From contig DIHE01000171.1 of the NCBI GenBank assembly GCA_002420005.1, forward strand, positions 17,088 through 81,087: a stretch of DNA of 64,000 nucleotides, in the 5' to 3' direction. The notes under the pieces were generated by a model. The model did not search any database. It saw nothing but the letters and a program-made list of their open reading frames with translations, and had not been told where the DNA came from. Each line of letters begins with the position of its first letter. The stretch's first letter is position 1. The position numbers were made by a program, and so were the translations under genes. Shown in pieces: positions 57,027-64,000 of this stretch. Source of the stretch: Holophagales bacterium UBA5704 (GTDB lineage Bacteria; Acidobacteriota; Thermoanaerobaculia; Multivoradales; UBA5704).

Positions 57027-58100
57027 ATGACTCAGGCTCGTGCCGTGCTCGCGGGAAGTGGAATCGCCATCCCGCCGCTCGAGGTCGACAATCACATGCT
57101 CTCGCGGATCATCGACACGAATGATCAATGGGTGCGGGAGCGCAGCGGCGTGGTCACCCGGTATTACGTCGAGCCGGGTGTCGCCTCGTCGGACCTGGCC
57201 GTCGAAGCTTCGCAGGCGGCGCTCGCCGACGCCGGGATGGAAGCGGACGCGATCGATTACATCGTCTGTTCCACGATGACGCCGGACCATTATTTTCCCG
57301 GCTCCGGCACGGTCATCCAGCAGAAGCTCGGCATGAAGCCGCTGCCGGTGCTCGACATCCGCCAGCAATGCGCCGGCTTTGCCTATGGTCTGCAGGTCGT
57401 GGATGCGTTGATCCGCGGTGGCGTGGCGAAGAACGTCCTCCTGGTGGGGGCGGACGTCCATACGTCCTTGATGCCGTTTTCCGCCCGCACCTTCGAGGTG
57501 CTGCACGGCCGCGATCCCGGTCCCTTGTCGGACGAGGACTTCCAGTGGAACTCGCGGTTCCGCCATCTTCTGGTGCTGTTCGGCGACGGCGCCGGGGCGA
57601 TGGTGTTCAAGGCCGTGCCGGGGGAGGAGCGGCGCGGCATCCTGGACCACGCCCTGTATGGCGACGGTGGCCACCGCGACATCCTGTTCGTGCCCGGCGG
57701 CGGCTCGCAGCGGCGCCCGTTCGTCTCCTGCCAGATGATCCAGGACGCGGACACCGTGCCGGTGATGGATGGCAAGGCGGTCTTCAAGCTCGCCGTGACC
57801 CGCATGCCGGAGGCGACGCACACGGTGCTGCAGCGGCAGGGGTACGGCACCCAGGACCTGGACCTGCTGATCATGCACCAGGCCAACCTGCGCATCAACG
57901 AGAAGGCCCAGCAGATCCTCGGGCTGCCGAACGAGAAGGTCTACAACAACATCCAGAAATACGGCAACACCACCAGCGCCACGCTGCCCATCGCCTTCCA
58001 CGAAGCGAGGCAGAAGGGCATGGCCCCCGAAGGCGCCCTCGTCGCCTTCACCGCCCTGGGCGCCGGTCTGCACTGGGGCTCGGTGTTGATGCGGGTCTGA
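57027..58100 (+). CDS. fabH: 3-oxoacyl-ACP synthase III (KAS III) family protein with an internal insertion
   Basis: ORF 57006-58100 trimmed to ATG 57027 (AGGAG upstream). Catalytic Cys QQCAGFAYGL, His MHQAN, Asn YGNTTSAT. An extra ~35-aa segment (ARTFEVLHGRDPGPLSDEDFQWNSRF) is present. Confidence 0.75.
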   Translation: MTQARAVLAGSGIAIPPLEVDNHMLSRIIDTNDQWVRERSGVVTRYYVEPGVASSDLAVEASQAALADAGMEADAIDYIVCSTMTPDHYFPGSGTVIQQKLGMKPLPVLDIRQQCAGFAYGLQVVDALIRGGVAKNVLLVGADVHTSLMPFSARTFEVLHGRDPGPLSDEDFQWNSRFRHLLVLFGDGAGAMVFKAVPGEERRGILDHALYGDGGHRDILFVPGGGSQRRPFVSCQMIQDADTVPVMDGKAVFKLAVTRMPEATHTVLQRQGYGTQDLDLLIMHQANLRINEKAQQILGLPNEKVYNNIQKYGNTTSATLPIAFHEARQKGMAPEGALVAFTALGAGLHWGSVLMRV

Positions 58101-58107
58101 CCTGGCG

Positions 58108-59175
58108 ATGAAAACCCCCGACCCTCTCGCCATCGCCAACGCTCTGAACCGCCGGGTGCTCGGGCAGGACGACGCGGTGCGCGAGATGGCGGTGGCGCTC
58201 GCCAAGCATCTGGCGGGGCTGCGCGTCGGCAACATCCTGATGATCGGCTCCTCGGGGACCGGCAAGACGACGCTGATGCGCGCCGTCGAGGGATATCTCG
58301 CCGCGGACCCGGAGCTGGCGCTGCGCTCCGCGGTGGTGCGCATCCATGCCAACGTGCTGGGCGACGAGGCGCTGCGCGGCCGGCCGGGGGAAGCGGTGCT
58401 CGGCCGGCTTCTGGAACGGGCGCGCGAGCAACTCGGCCCGGCGGCGCCGGTGGAGCAGGTGCTCGCCCGCGCCTCGTGCGGTCTGGTGTTCGTCGACGAG
58501 GTCGACAAGATCCGCTCCCAGGTCGGCGGGCAGCCGAACGTGCCGGGCATCCGGGCGCAGGAGGCGCTGCTCACCTTGATCGAGAACGAGGCGATCGCTT
58601 ATGAGCTTCCGGCGTGGGCCGGCGGCGGCGTGACCACGGTCGATTCGAGCGGCCTCCTGTTCGTCTGCGCCGGCGCGTTCGAAGGGCTCTACGACTCCGT
58701 GTTCGACCGGGTGACCATCGGCAAGGACCGTGGCGCGCTGCGGCCGATGACGGTGATGGAATCCGGCAAGGTGGTGGAGAAGCTGGTCTTTCGGCTGCGC
58801 GACTGGCTGCGCAACGAGGATCTCTTCGACTACGGCATGAGCCCGCAGTTCCTCTCCCGTTTCGACGCCGTGGTGCTGCTCAACGACCTTTCGACCGACG
58901 AGCTGGTGAGCATCTTCCTGGAGAGCCCGGATTCGGCGTACCACCAGACCCAGGCCTATTTCGCGAGCCGCGGCATCCACCTGGCCCTCTCGCCGTCGGC
59001 GGTGCGCCGCATCGCCGCTGAAGCTTCCCGCCAGCCCCGTCTCGGTGCGCGCGCCCTGCGCGAGGTCTTCCGCCGGGTGATCCGAGACTACGAGTACGAC
59101 CCCTCGAAAGCGGTCACCGGCGGCGCGCTGCTCATCGATCTGCCGGAAGTCGAGCGGGCGCTGGGGACGGTGTAG
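58108..59175 (+). CDS. ClpX/HslU-like AAA+ ATPase without a zinc-binding domain
   Basis: VLGQDDAVREMAVAL, Walker A GSSGTGKTTL, Walker B LVFVDEVDKI, sensor region GARALREV. Starts 7 nt after the fabH-like stop. Confidence 0.7.
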   Translation: MKTPDPLAIANALNRRVLGQDDAVREMAVALAKHLAGLRVGNILMIGSSGTGKTTLMRAVEGYLAADPELALRSAVVRIHANVLGDEALRGRPGEAVLGRLLERAREQLGPAAPVEQVLARASCGLVFVDEVDKIRSQVGGQPNVPGIRAQEALLTLIENEAIAYELPAWAGGGVTTVDSSGLLFVCAGAFEGLYDSVFDRVTIGKDRGALRPMTVMESGKVVEKLVFRLRDWLRNEDLFDYGMSPQFLSRFDAVVLLNDLSTDELVSIFLESPDSAYHQTQAYFASRGIHLALSPSAVRRIAAEASRQPRLGARALREVFRRVIRDYEYDPSKAVTGGALLIDLPEVERALGTV

Positions 59176-59185
59176 CCAGGGCGGT

Positions 59186-60037
59186 TCAGGGCGCCGTCCA
59201 GCGCGCCGCGCGCTGCTCCCGCAGCGTGCGGTACCGGTCCCGCCGCTTCCGTCCCGCCAGCACGCGGGGGATGGTGGTCATCGAGATCAGCAGGGCCACC
59301 GCGACGCCGAGCTGGAGATAGACCCCGGCGCGGTCTCCTTCCGCCGCCCGGGCGATGGCGGCGGCGAAGTAGGTGAAGATCGGTACGGTCATGCCGAGCC
59401 CGAGCAGGCTCGCCCCCAGGAACAGGCCCGGCCGGATGCCGGCGAAGGCCGCGCCGTAGTTGACCAGGGCGAACGGCAGGGGCAGGAAGCGCACTCCGGC
59501 CAGACCCCAGACGCCGCCGCGGCGGGTGAGCGCCCGCTCGACCCGCTTCATCTGCTTGCCGGCGAGATGTGTGACCAGGTCTTGCCCCAGATGGCGGCCC
59601 AGGTAATACGTCGAGGCGGCACCGAGGAAGATTCCCGTGGTGTTGTACAGGGCACCGAGGACGGGACCGAAGACCATGCCACCGGTCACCATCAGCGGTG
59701 TGGGCGGGAACCCCAGCGGGCAGAGCAGGATATAGCCCCCGATCAGGGCGAGGGGCGACCACCAGGAGCCGCGCAGGCGCTCCAGGGTGGCGAAGATGGC
59801 GTCTTTGGTCAAATGGTCGGCGAGCGGCGACCAGCGCAGGGCTGCGAATCCGGCCACCACGACAAGCCCCAGGAGTGCCGCCCGCACCAGGGCACGCCGC
59901 GGCACCCGCCGCAACAGGTGCAGCGCTTTGGCGCCGGGCGAAAGGGGAGGGTGCGTCGACAAAGCGAGCGGGACGATACGCCATGCCGGAGGCGGGGGCA
60001 AGCGTGGGCGGCGGTGAACGGCCTTCTGTGGCACCAT
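59186..60037 (-). CDS. TVP38/TMEM64 (DedA/SNARE-associated) family membrane protein
   Basis: ORF 59186-60061 (TTG) trimmed to ATG 60037. LLCPLGFPPTPLMVTGGMVFG and FLPLPFALVNYGAAFAGI. Confidence 0.7.
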   Translation of the reverse strand: MVPQKAVHRRPRLPPPPAWRIVPLALSTHPPLSPGAKALHLLRRVPRRALVRAALLGLVVVAGFAALRWSPLADHLTKDAIFATLERLRGSWWSPLALIGGYILLCPLGFPPTPLMVTGGMVFGPVLGALYNTTGIFLGAASTYYLGRHLGQDLVTHLAGKQMKRVERALTRRGGVWGLAGVRFLPLPFALVNYGAAFAGIRPGLFLGASLLGLGMTVPIFTYFAAAIARAAEGDRAGVYLQLGVAVALLISMTTIPRVLAGRKRRDRYRTLREQRAARWTAP

Positions 60038-60060
60038 AGTCACCTTTCGAGGAGGTTGCA

Positions 60061-60795
60061 ATGGAGGCCGCCGCGAGCCGACAAGGAGAAACCACGATGC
60101 CGTCGAAGACCGGTCCCTTCGTTTTGTCCCTGCTGTGCCTGCTGCCGCTTGCAGCGGCGGCCGTCGAGATCACTGCCGAGCCTGCGCACCATCTGGCCTT
60201 CACCAACGATCAGGTCCGCGTCTTCCAGGTCGAGGTGGCGCCGCAGGCGTCCACCCAGTTGCACAGCCACGGGCACGACTATTTCGTCGTCACGCTGGGG
60301 GACTCCCACGTCTCGAACGAGGTGGTCGGCAAGGCGCCGGTTGAGCTGAAGCTGGCGGATGGGGAGACCCGCTTCACCCCCGGCGGCTTCGTCCACCTGG
60401 CGAAGAACCTGAGCGACCAGCCGTTCCGCAACGTGACCATCGAGCTGTTGCAGGATGAGAAGCTCCGCGAGGCGCCGTCTTCCTGGCCGCAGGAGGGTGG
60501 AGACCAGGAGTTTCCGGGGGGCCGCAGCAAGGTCCTCTTCGTCCGCGACGGCGCGCGCGTCTCCGCGGTCGAGCTCGACCCGGGAGCCACGGTGCCCAGC
60601 CACCACCACGACGGCCCGCACCTGCTGGTGGCGGTCAGCGACCTCGATCTGCGCAGCGACGTCGACGGGATGGGGCCGATGCCCGGAAAGTTCAAGGCGG
60701 GCGACGTCAAATGGCTGCCCGGCGGCTACACCCACACGCTGACCAACACCGGCAAGGAGCGGGCGCGGTTCGTGACGGTGGAATTCCCTGGATGA
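60061..60795 (+). CDS. secreted bicupin-like protein
   Basis: ATG 60061 (GAGGAGG 5 nt upstream) or ATG 60097 (AAGGAG). Signal peptide FVLSLLCLLPLAAAAVE. Two cupin-like HxH regions (HSHGHDY, PSHHHDGPH). Confidence 0.6.
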   Translation: MEAAASRQGETTMPSKTGPFVLSLLCLLPLAAAAVEITAEPAHHLAFTNDQVRVFQVEVAPQASTQLHSHGHDYFVVTLGDSHVSNEVVGKAPVELKLADGETRFTPGGFVHLAKNLSDQPFRNVTIELLQDEKLREAPSSWPQEGGDQEFPGGRSKVLFVRDGARVSAVELDPGATVPSHHHDGPHLLVAVSDLDLRSDVDGMGPMPGKFKAGDVKWLPGGYTHTLTNTGKERARFVTVEFPG

Positions 60796-62831
60796 GCCTG
60801 CCCCCGAACGGATTCCGGCGGGTCGCGACCGCCCGTGGGTCGAGCGCGCGCGCCGGAATCCTCGGGACCCTCCACGGCGAGGTCCTGACCCCGGTCTTCA
60901 TGCCGGTGGGCACGCAGGCGACGGTGAAGGCGCAACTGCCGCAGACGCTCCTCGACTCGGGTTCGCAGGTGCTCCTGGCGAACACCTATCACCTCCTGTT
61001 GCGGCCGGGGCCGGAGGTTCTGCGTCGCCTCGGGGGCATCCACCGGTTCATGAGCTGGCCGCGCGCGGTGCTCACCGACTCCGGTGGCTTCCAGGTCTTC
61101 TCCCTCCCCGGCGCCTGCTCCGTCTCCGAGGAAGGGGCCACCTTCCGGAGCTACGTGGACCACCGCACCGTTCTGCTGAGCCCCGAGTCGAGCATCTCGA
61201 CCCAGATCGCCATCGGCGCCGACGTCATGATGGCCTTCGACCACTGTGTGGCCTCCACCGTCGATCTCGCCACGGCCCGCGCCGCGGCGGACCTGACCGC
61301 GCGCTGGGCGATGCGCAGCCTGAAGGCGCGCGGGGAGTCTCCGCAAGCCCTCTTCGGCATCGTGCAGGGTGCGCTCTTCCCCGATCTGCGGCGCGAGTGC
61401 GCGGCGCGCCTGGCCGAGATGCCGTTCGACGGGTACGCGATCGGCGGCCTGGCGGTGGGCGAGGGCCGCGCCGAGCGGGAGGACATGTGTGCGCTCACCG
61501 CCGAGCTTCTGCCGCCGGACAAGCCGCGGTACCTGATGGGCGTGGGCACGCCGCTCGACATCCTGGAGGCCGTGCACCGCGGGGTGGACATGTTCGACTG
61601 CATCATCCCCACGCAGGTGGCGCAGCGCGGCGGGGCCTTCACCTCGCGCGGCTACCTGCAGCTGCGCCGGGGCATCCACGCGCTGGCCGACCGGCCGCTC
61701 GATCCGGACTGCGATTGCCCCACCTGCCCCCGCCACTCGCGCGCCTACCTGCACCACCTGATCAAGGTGCAGGAGCCGCTCGGCTGGCAGCTCCTGGGCC
61801 AGCACAACCTGCACTTCTACCACCGCCTGCTGCGCGACGTCCGGGAGAGCATCCTGGCGGACACCTTCGCGGACCTCTACCGTGAGCGGCGCGACGCGCT
61901 CGGCGTCGCCGACCTGGACAACCCCGTCACCCGGTCCCGGGTGCGCAAGGCCCCTCCGACGACGAGAGGCGCCTACGCCGTGCACCTTGCGCCTGAAGGC
62001 TTCGCGAGCATCCGCCACGTCGCCTCGGGCGAGACCATGCACGCGCGCACGCCGCCCATGGACGAGGCGCGTTCCCTGTACGTGGAGCAATCAGCCCTGC
62101 GCGAAAGGCTGCCCCTTCGCACCGGGGAGGACCCGGCGGACGCGGAGGCGCTGGTGGTCTGGGACGTGGGGCTCGGCGCCGCGGCCAATGCGATGGCGGC
62201 GATCCGGTGCTACGAGGACGCCGCGGCGGGCGAGCCCCTGCGCGGGCTGCGCATCGTCAGCTTCGAGACCGACCTCGACCCGCTCCGCCTCGCGCTGCGG
62301 CACCACCGTCACTTCCCCTACCTGCGCCACAGCGGACCCGCCACCCTGCTCGCCACCGGAGAATGGACATCGCGCACCCACGCGGGCCTCGAATGGCGGC
62401 TGCACGAGGGGGACTTCGCGGACACCGTGGCCCAGGCGCCGTTCGCCCCGGATCTGGTGTTCTACGACTTTTTCTCGGTCGCGACGAACCCGGAGGCCTG
62501 GACGCTGTCGGCCTTCGAACGCCTGCACGCCGCCTGTGCCGGGAGAGCCGTCGAGCTTTTCACCTACACCTCCTCCACAGCGGTGCGCGCGGCCCTGTTG
62601 GGAGCGGGCTTCTGGGTCGCCCGGGGCCGTCCCACCGACGGCCGGCCCGAGAGCACGATCGCGCTCACGGCCTCCGCGGCCGACCCTGCCGCCGGGCGTC
62701 GCCACGATCTGCTCGGCCCCGAGTGGCTCCAGCGCTGGCGTCGCTCGCACGCCCGCTTCCCGAGCGACGTCGCGGCTGGCGAGCACGCCGCTTTCGCGGA
62801 ACGGATTCTGGGCCACCCGCAGTTCCGCTGA
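60792..62831 (+). CDS. tgt: tRNA-guanine transglycosylase fused to a C-terminal MnmC-like (DUF752) SAM-methyltransferase-like domain
   Basis: ATGA overlap with the cupin stop. TGT: LANTYHL, LTDSGGFQ, GGLAVGE, MGVGTP, Zn site CDCPTCPRH...HH. C-terminal ~300 aa: VWDVGLGAAANAMA, LVFYDFFSVATNPEAWT, LFTYTSSTAVRAALLGAGFWV. Confidence 0.8.
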   Translation: MSLPPNGFRRVATARGSSARAGILGTLHGEVLTPVFMPVGTQATVKAQLPQTLLDSGSQVLLANTYHLLLRPGPEVLRRLGGIHRFMSWPRAVLTDSGGFQVFSLPGACSVSEEGATFRSYVDHRTVLLSPESSISTQIAIGADVMMAFDHCVASTVDLATARAAADLTARWAMRSLKARGESPQALFGIVQGALFPDLRRECAARLAEMPFDGYAIGGLAVGEGRAEREDMCALTAELLPPDKPRYLMGVGTPLDILEAVHRGVDMFDCIIPTQVAQRGGAFTSRGYLQLRRGIHALADRPLDPDCDCPTCPRHSRAYLHHLIKVQEPLGWQLLGQHNLHFYHRLLRDVRESILADTFADLYRERRDALGVADLDNPVTRSRVRKAPPTTRGAYAVHLAPEGFASIRHVASGETMHARTPPMDEARSLYVEQSALRERLPLRTGEDPADAEALVVWDVGLGAAANAMAAIRCYEDAAAGEPLRGLRIVSFETDLDPLRLALRHHRHFPYLRHSGPATLLATGEWTSRTHAGLEWRLHEGDFADTVAQAPFAPDLVFYDFFSVATNPEAWTLSAFERLHAACAGRAVELFTYTSSTAVRAALLGAGFWVARGRPTDGRPESTIALTASAADPAAGRRHDLLGPEWLQRWRRSHARFPSDVAAGEHAAFAERILGHPQFR

Positions 62832-62853
62832 GCACGGTTTGCGGGACCCGCGC

Positions 62854-62859
62854 TATGCT
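62854..62859 (+). promoter_or_regulatory. -10-like hexamer TATGCT, 6 nt before ATG 62866
   Basis: cgcTATGCTcgcgccATG. No SD. Confidence 0.4.
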
Positions 62860-62865
62860 CGCGCC

Positions 62866-64000
62866 ATGCGCCGCTTCAACACCACCGGCCCCTGCGAGCC
62901 CTCGCGGCACTACATGATCCCGCCTCTCGAACGGCTCCCCGAGGCGCGCGGGCTGGTCGAGGGCGGTGACTACTTCGTGCTGCACGCACCGCGGCAGAGC
63001 GGCAAGACGACCACGCTGCTCGCTTTGGCGCGGGCGTTGACGGCCGCAGGGGAGCTCGCCGCGCTCCACTTCAGTTGTGAGACCGGCGAGCCGGCCGGAG
63101 ACGACTACGAAGCCGCCCAGCGGGCCCTCCTCGCGGATCTCCGGGAGCGCGCGCGGATCGACCTGCCGGGGGCGCTGCACCCGCCGGAGACCTGGCCGGA
63201 GGCTCCTCCGCTCAGCTTGCTCCGCGTCGCCCTCGGCGCCTGGGCGCGTGCCTGTCCGCGCCGTCTGGCCCTCTTCTTCGACGAGATTGACGCGCTGCGT
63301 GGGGAGAGTCTGCGGGCGGTGCTCCGCCAGCTCCGCAGCGGCTTCGCCGATCGGCCGGCCGATTTCCCCTGGTCGGTCGCCCTGTGTGGCCTGCGCGATG
63401 TCCGGGACTACAAGGCCGCGAGCGGCGGCGACCCGGAGCGGCTGGGTACGTCCAGCCCGTTCAACGTCAAGGTCGCTTCGCCGCGGCTGCGCGATTTCAG
63501 CGAGAGCGACGTGCGCGCTCTCTACGCGCAGCACACGGCCGAGACCGGCCAGGTTTTCACCGAGGAGGCGCTCGTCCGCCTCTGGGAGCTGGGCCAGGGC
63601 CAACCCTGGCTGACCAATGCCCTCGCCCGTGAAATCATCGAAGGGATGGAGATCCCCCCTCCCGATCCCATCACCCGGGAGCACGCCGAAACCGCTCGCG
63701 AGAGACTGATCCTGGCCCGTGCCACGCACCTCGACTCTCTCGTCGCCCGCCTGTCCGAGCCGCGGGTGCGCAGAGTGATCGAGCCGATCCTGGCCGGCGA
63801 GATCATCACCGGCGACACCTACGACGACGACGTGACCTACGTCCGCGATCTCGGCCTGATCGCGCCGGGCAATCCGATCCGCATCGCCAATCCGATCTAT
63901 CGGGAAGTGATCGTGCGCGTTCTCGCCGCCGCCGTGGAGGGCAACATCCAGACCGATCCGAAGAGCTTCGTGGCGGCGGACGGAAGGCTCGGCCTGCGGC
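62866..64000 (+). CDS. AAA-ATPase-like (ORC/Cdc6-type, archaeal-ATPase-like) protein, 5' part only (runs off the right edge)
   Basis: Absent from the ORF track because there is no stop in the window. Hand translation: MRRFNTTGPCEPSRHYMIPPLERL...FVLHAPRQSGKTTTLLAL (Walker A)...LALFFDEIDAL (Walker B)... Confidence 0.7.
   Translation, partial: MRRFNTTGPCEPSRHYMIPPLERLPEARGLVEGGDYFVLHAPRQSGKTTTLLALARALTAAGELAALHFSCETGEPAGDDYEAAQRALLADLRERARIDLPGALHPPETWPEAPPLSLLRVALGAWARACPRRLALFFDEIDALRGESLRAVLRQLRSGFADRPADFPWSVALCGLRDVRDYKAASGGDPERLGTSSPFNVKVASPRLRDFSESDVRALYAQHTAETGQVFTEEALVRLWELGQGQPWLTNALAREIIEGMEIPPPDPITREHAETARERLILARATHLDSLVARLSEPRVRRVIEPILAGEIITGDTYDDDVTYVRDLGLIAPGNPIRIANPIYREVIVRVLAAAVEGNIQTDPKSFVAADGRLGLR

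Overview
Visibly GC-rich, gene-dense bacterial chromosomal DNA with about 57 protein-coding genes. Two of them run off the window edges and are therefore missing from the ORF track. I saw no rRNA, tRNA, CRISPR array, transposase or integrase. All family names come from motif recognition by eye, not from database searches, and the taxon cannot be determined from this window. Housekeeping genes (lexA-ogt, rsmD, rluD-lspA-thiE, fdhD, folE, a fabH-like gene, tgt) are interspersed with accessory modules. These modules are: a Septu-like ATPase+HNH pair (1350-3378) between two paralogous BNR/sortilin-type genes; MNT-HEPN and UPF0175-DUF3368 toxin-antitoxin pairs; a decayed TA remnant; an orphan flavin halogenase; a UbiA + PEP-utilising phosphotransferase pair; a MerT-HMA fusion; several ion transporters; and many secreted peptidases. 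Six observations stand out. (1) A sigma-54 locus (45.9-55.7 kb) carries three GG-N10-GC promoters, an FHA-GAF-AAA+-HTH enhancer-binding protein, a membrane Ser/Thr kinase, two secreted trypsin-like proteases and a small orphan protein, with perfect palindromes at UAS distance. (2) At about 15 transcription-unit starts a TAnnnT -10 hexamer sits 6-7 nt before the start codon with no Shine-Dalgarno, which implies leaderless mRNAs. (3) The divergent promoter region at 18478-18679 is mirror-symmetric and contains a GC-rich inverted repeat of about 40 bp. (4) A tightly coupled array of uncharacterised genes (23336-27286) lies directly behind a TA pair and includes two paralogous arrestin-like beta-sandwich modules and a minimal AAA+ ATPase. 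(5) Tgt is fused to an MnmC-like (DUF752) methyltransferase domain. (6) A LigD-like gene has an intact phosphoesterase domain but a catalytically dead, truncated ligase domain.
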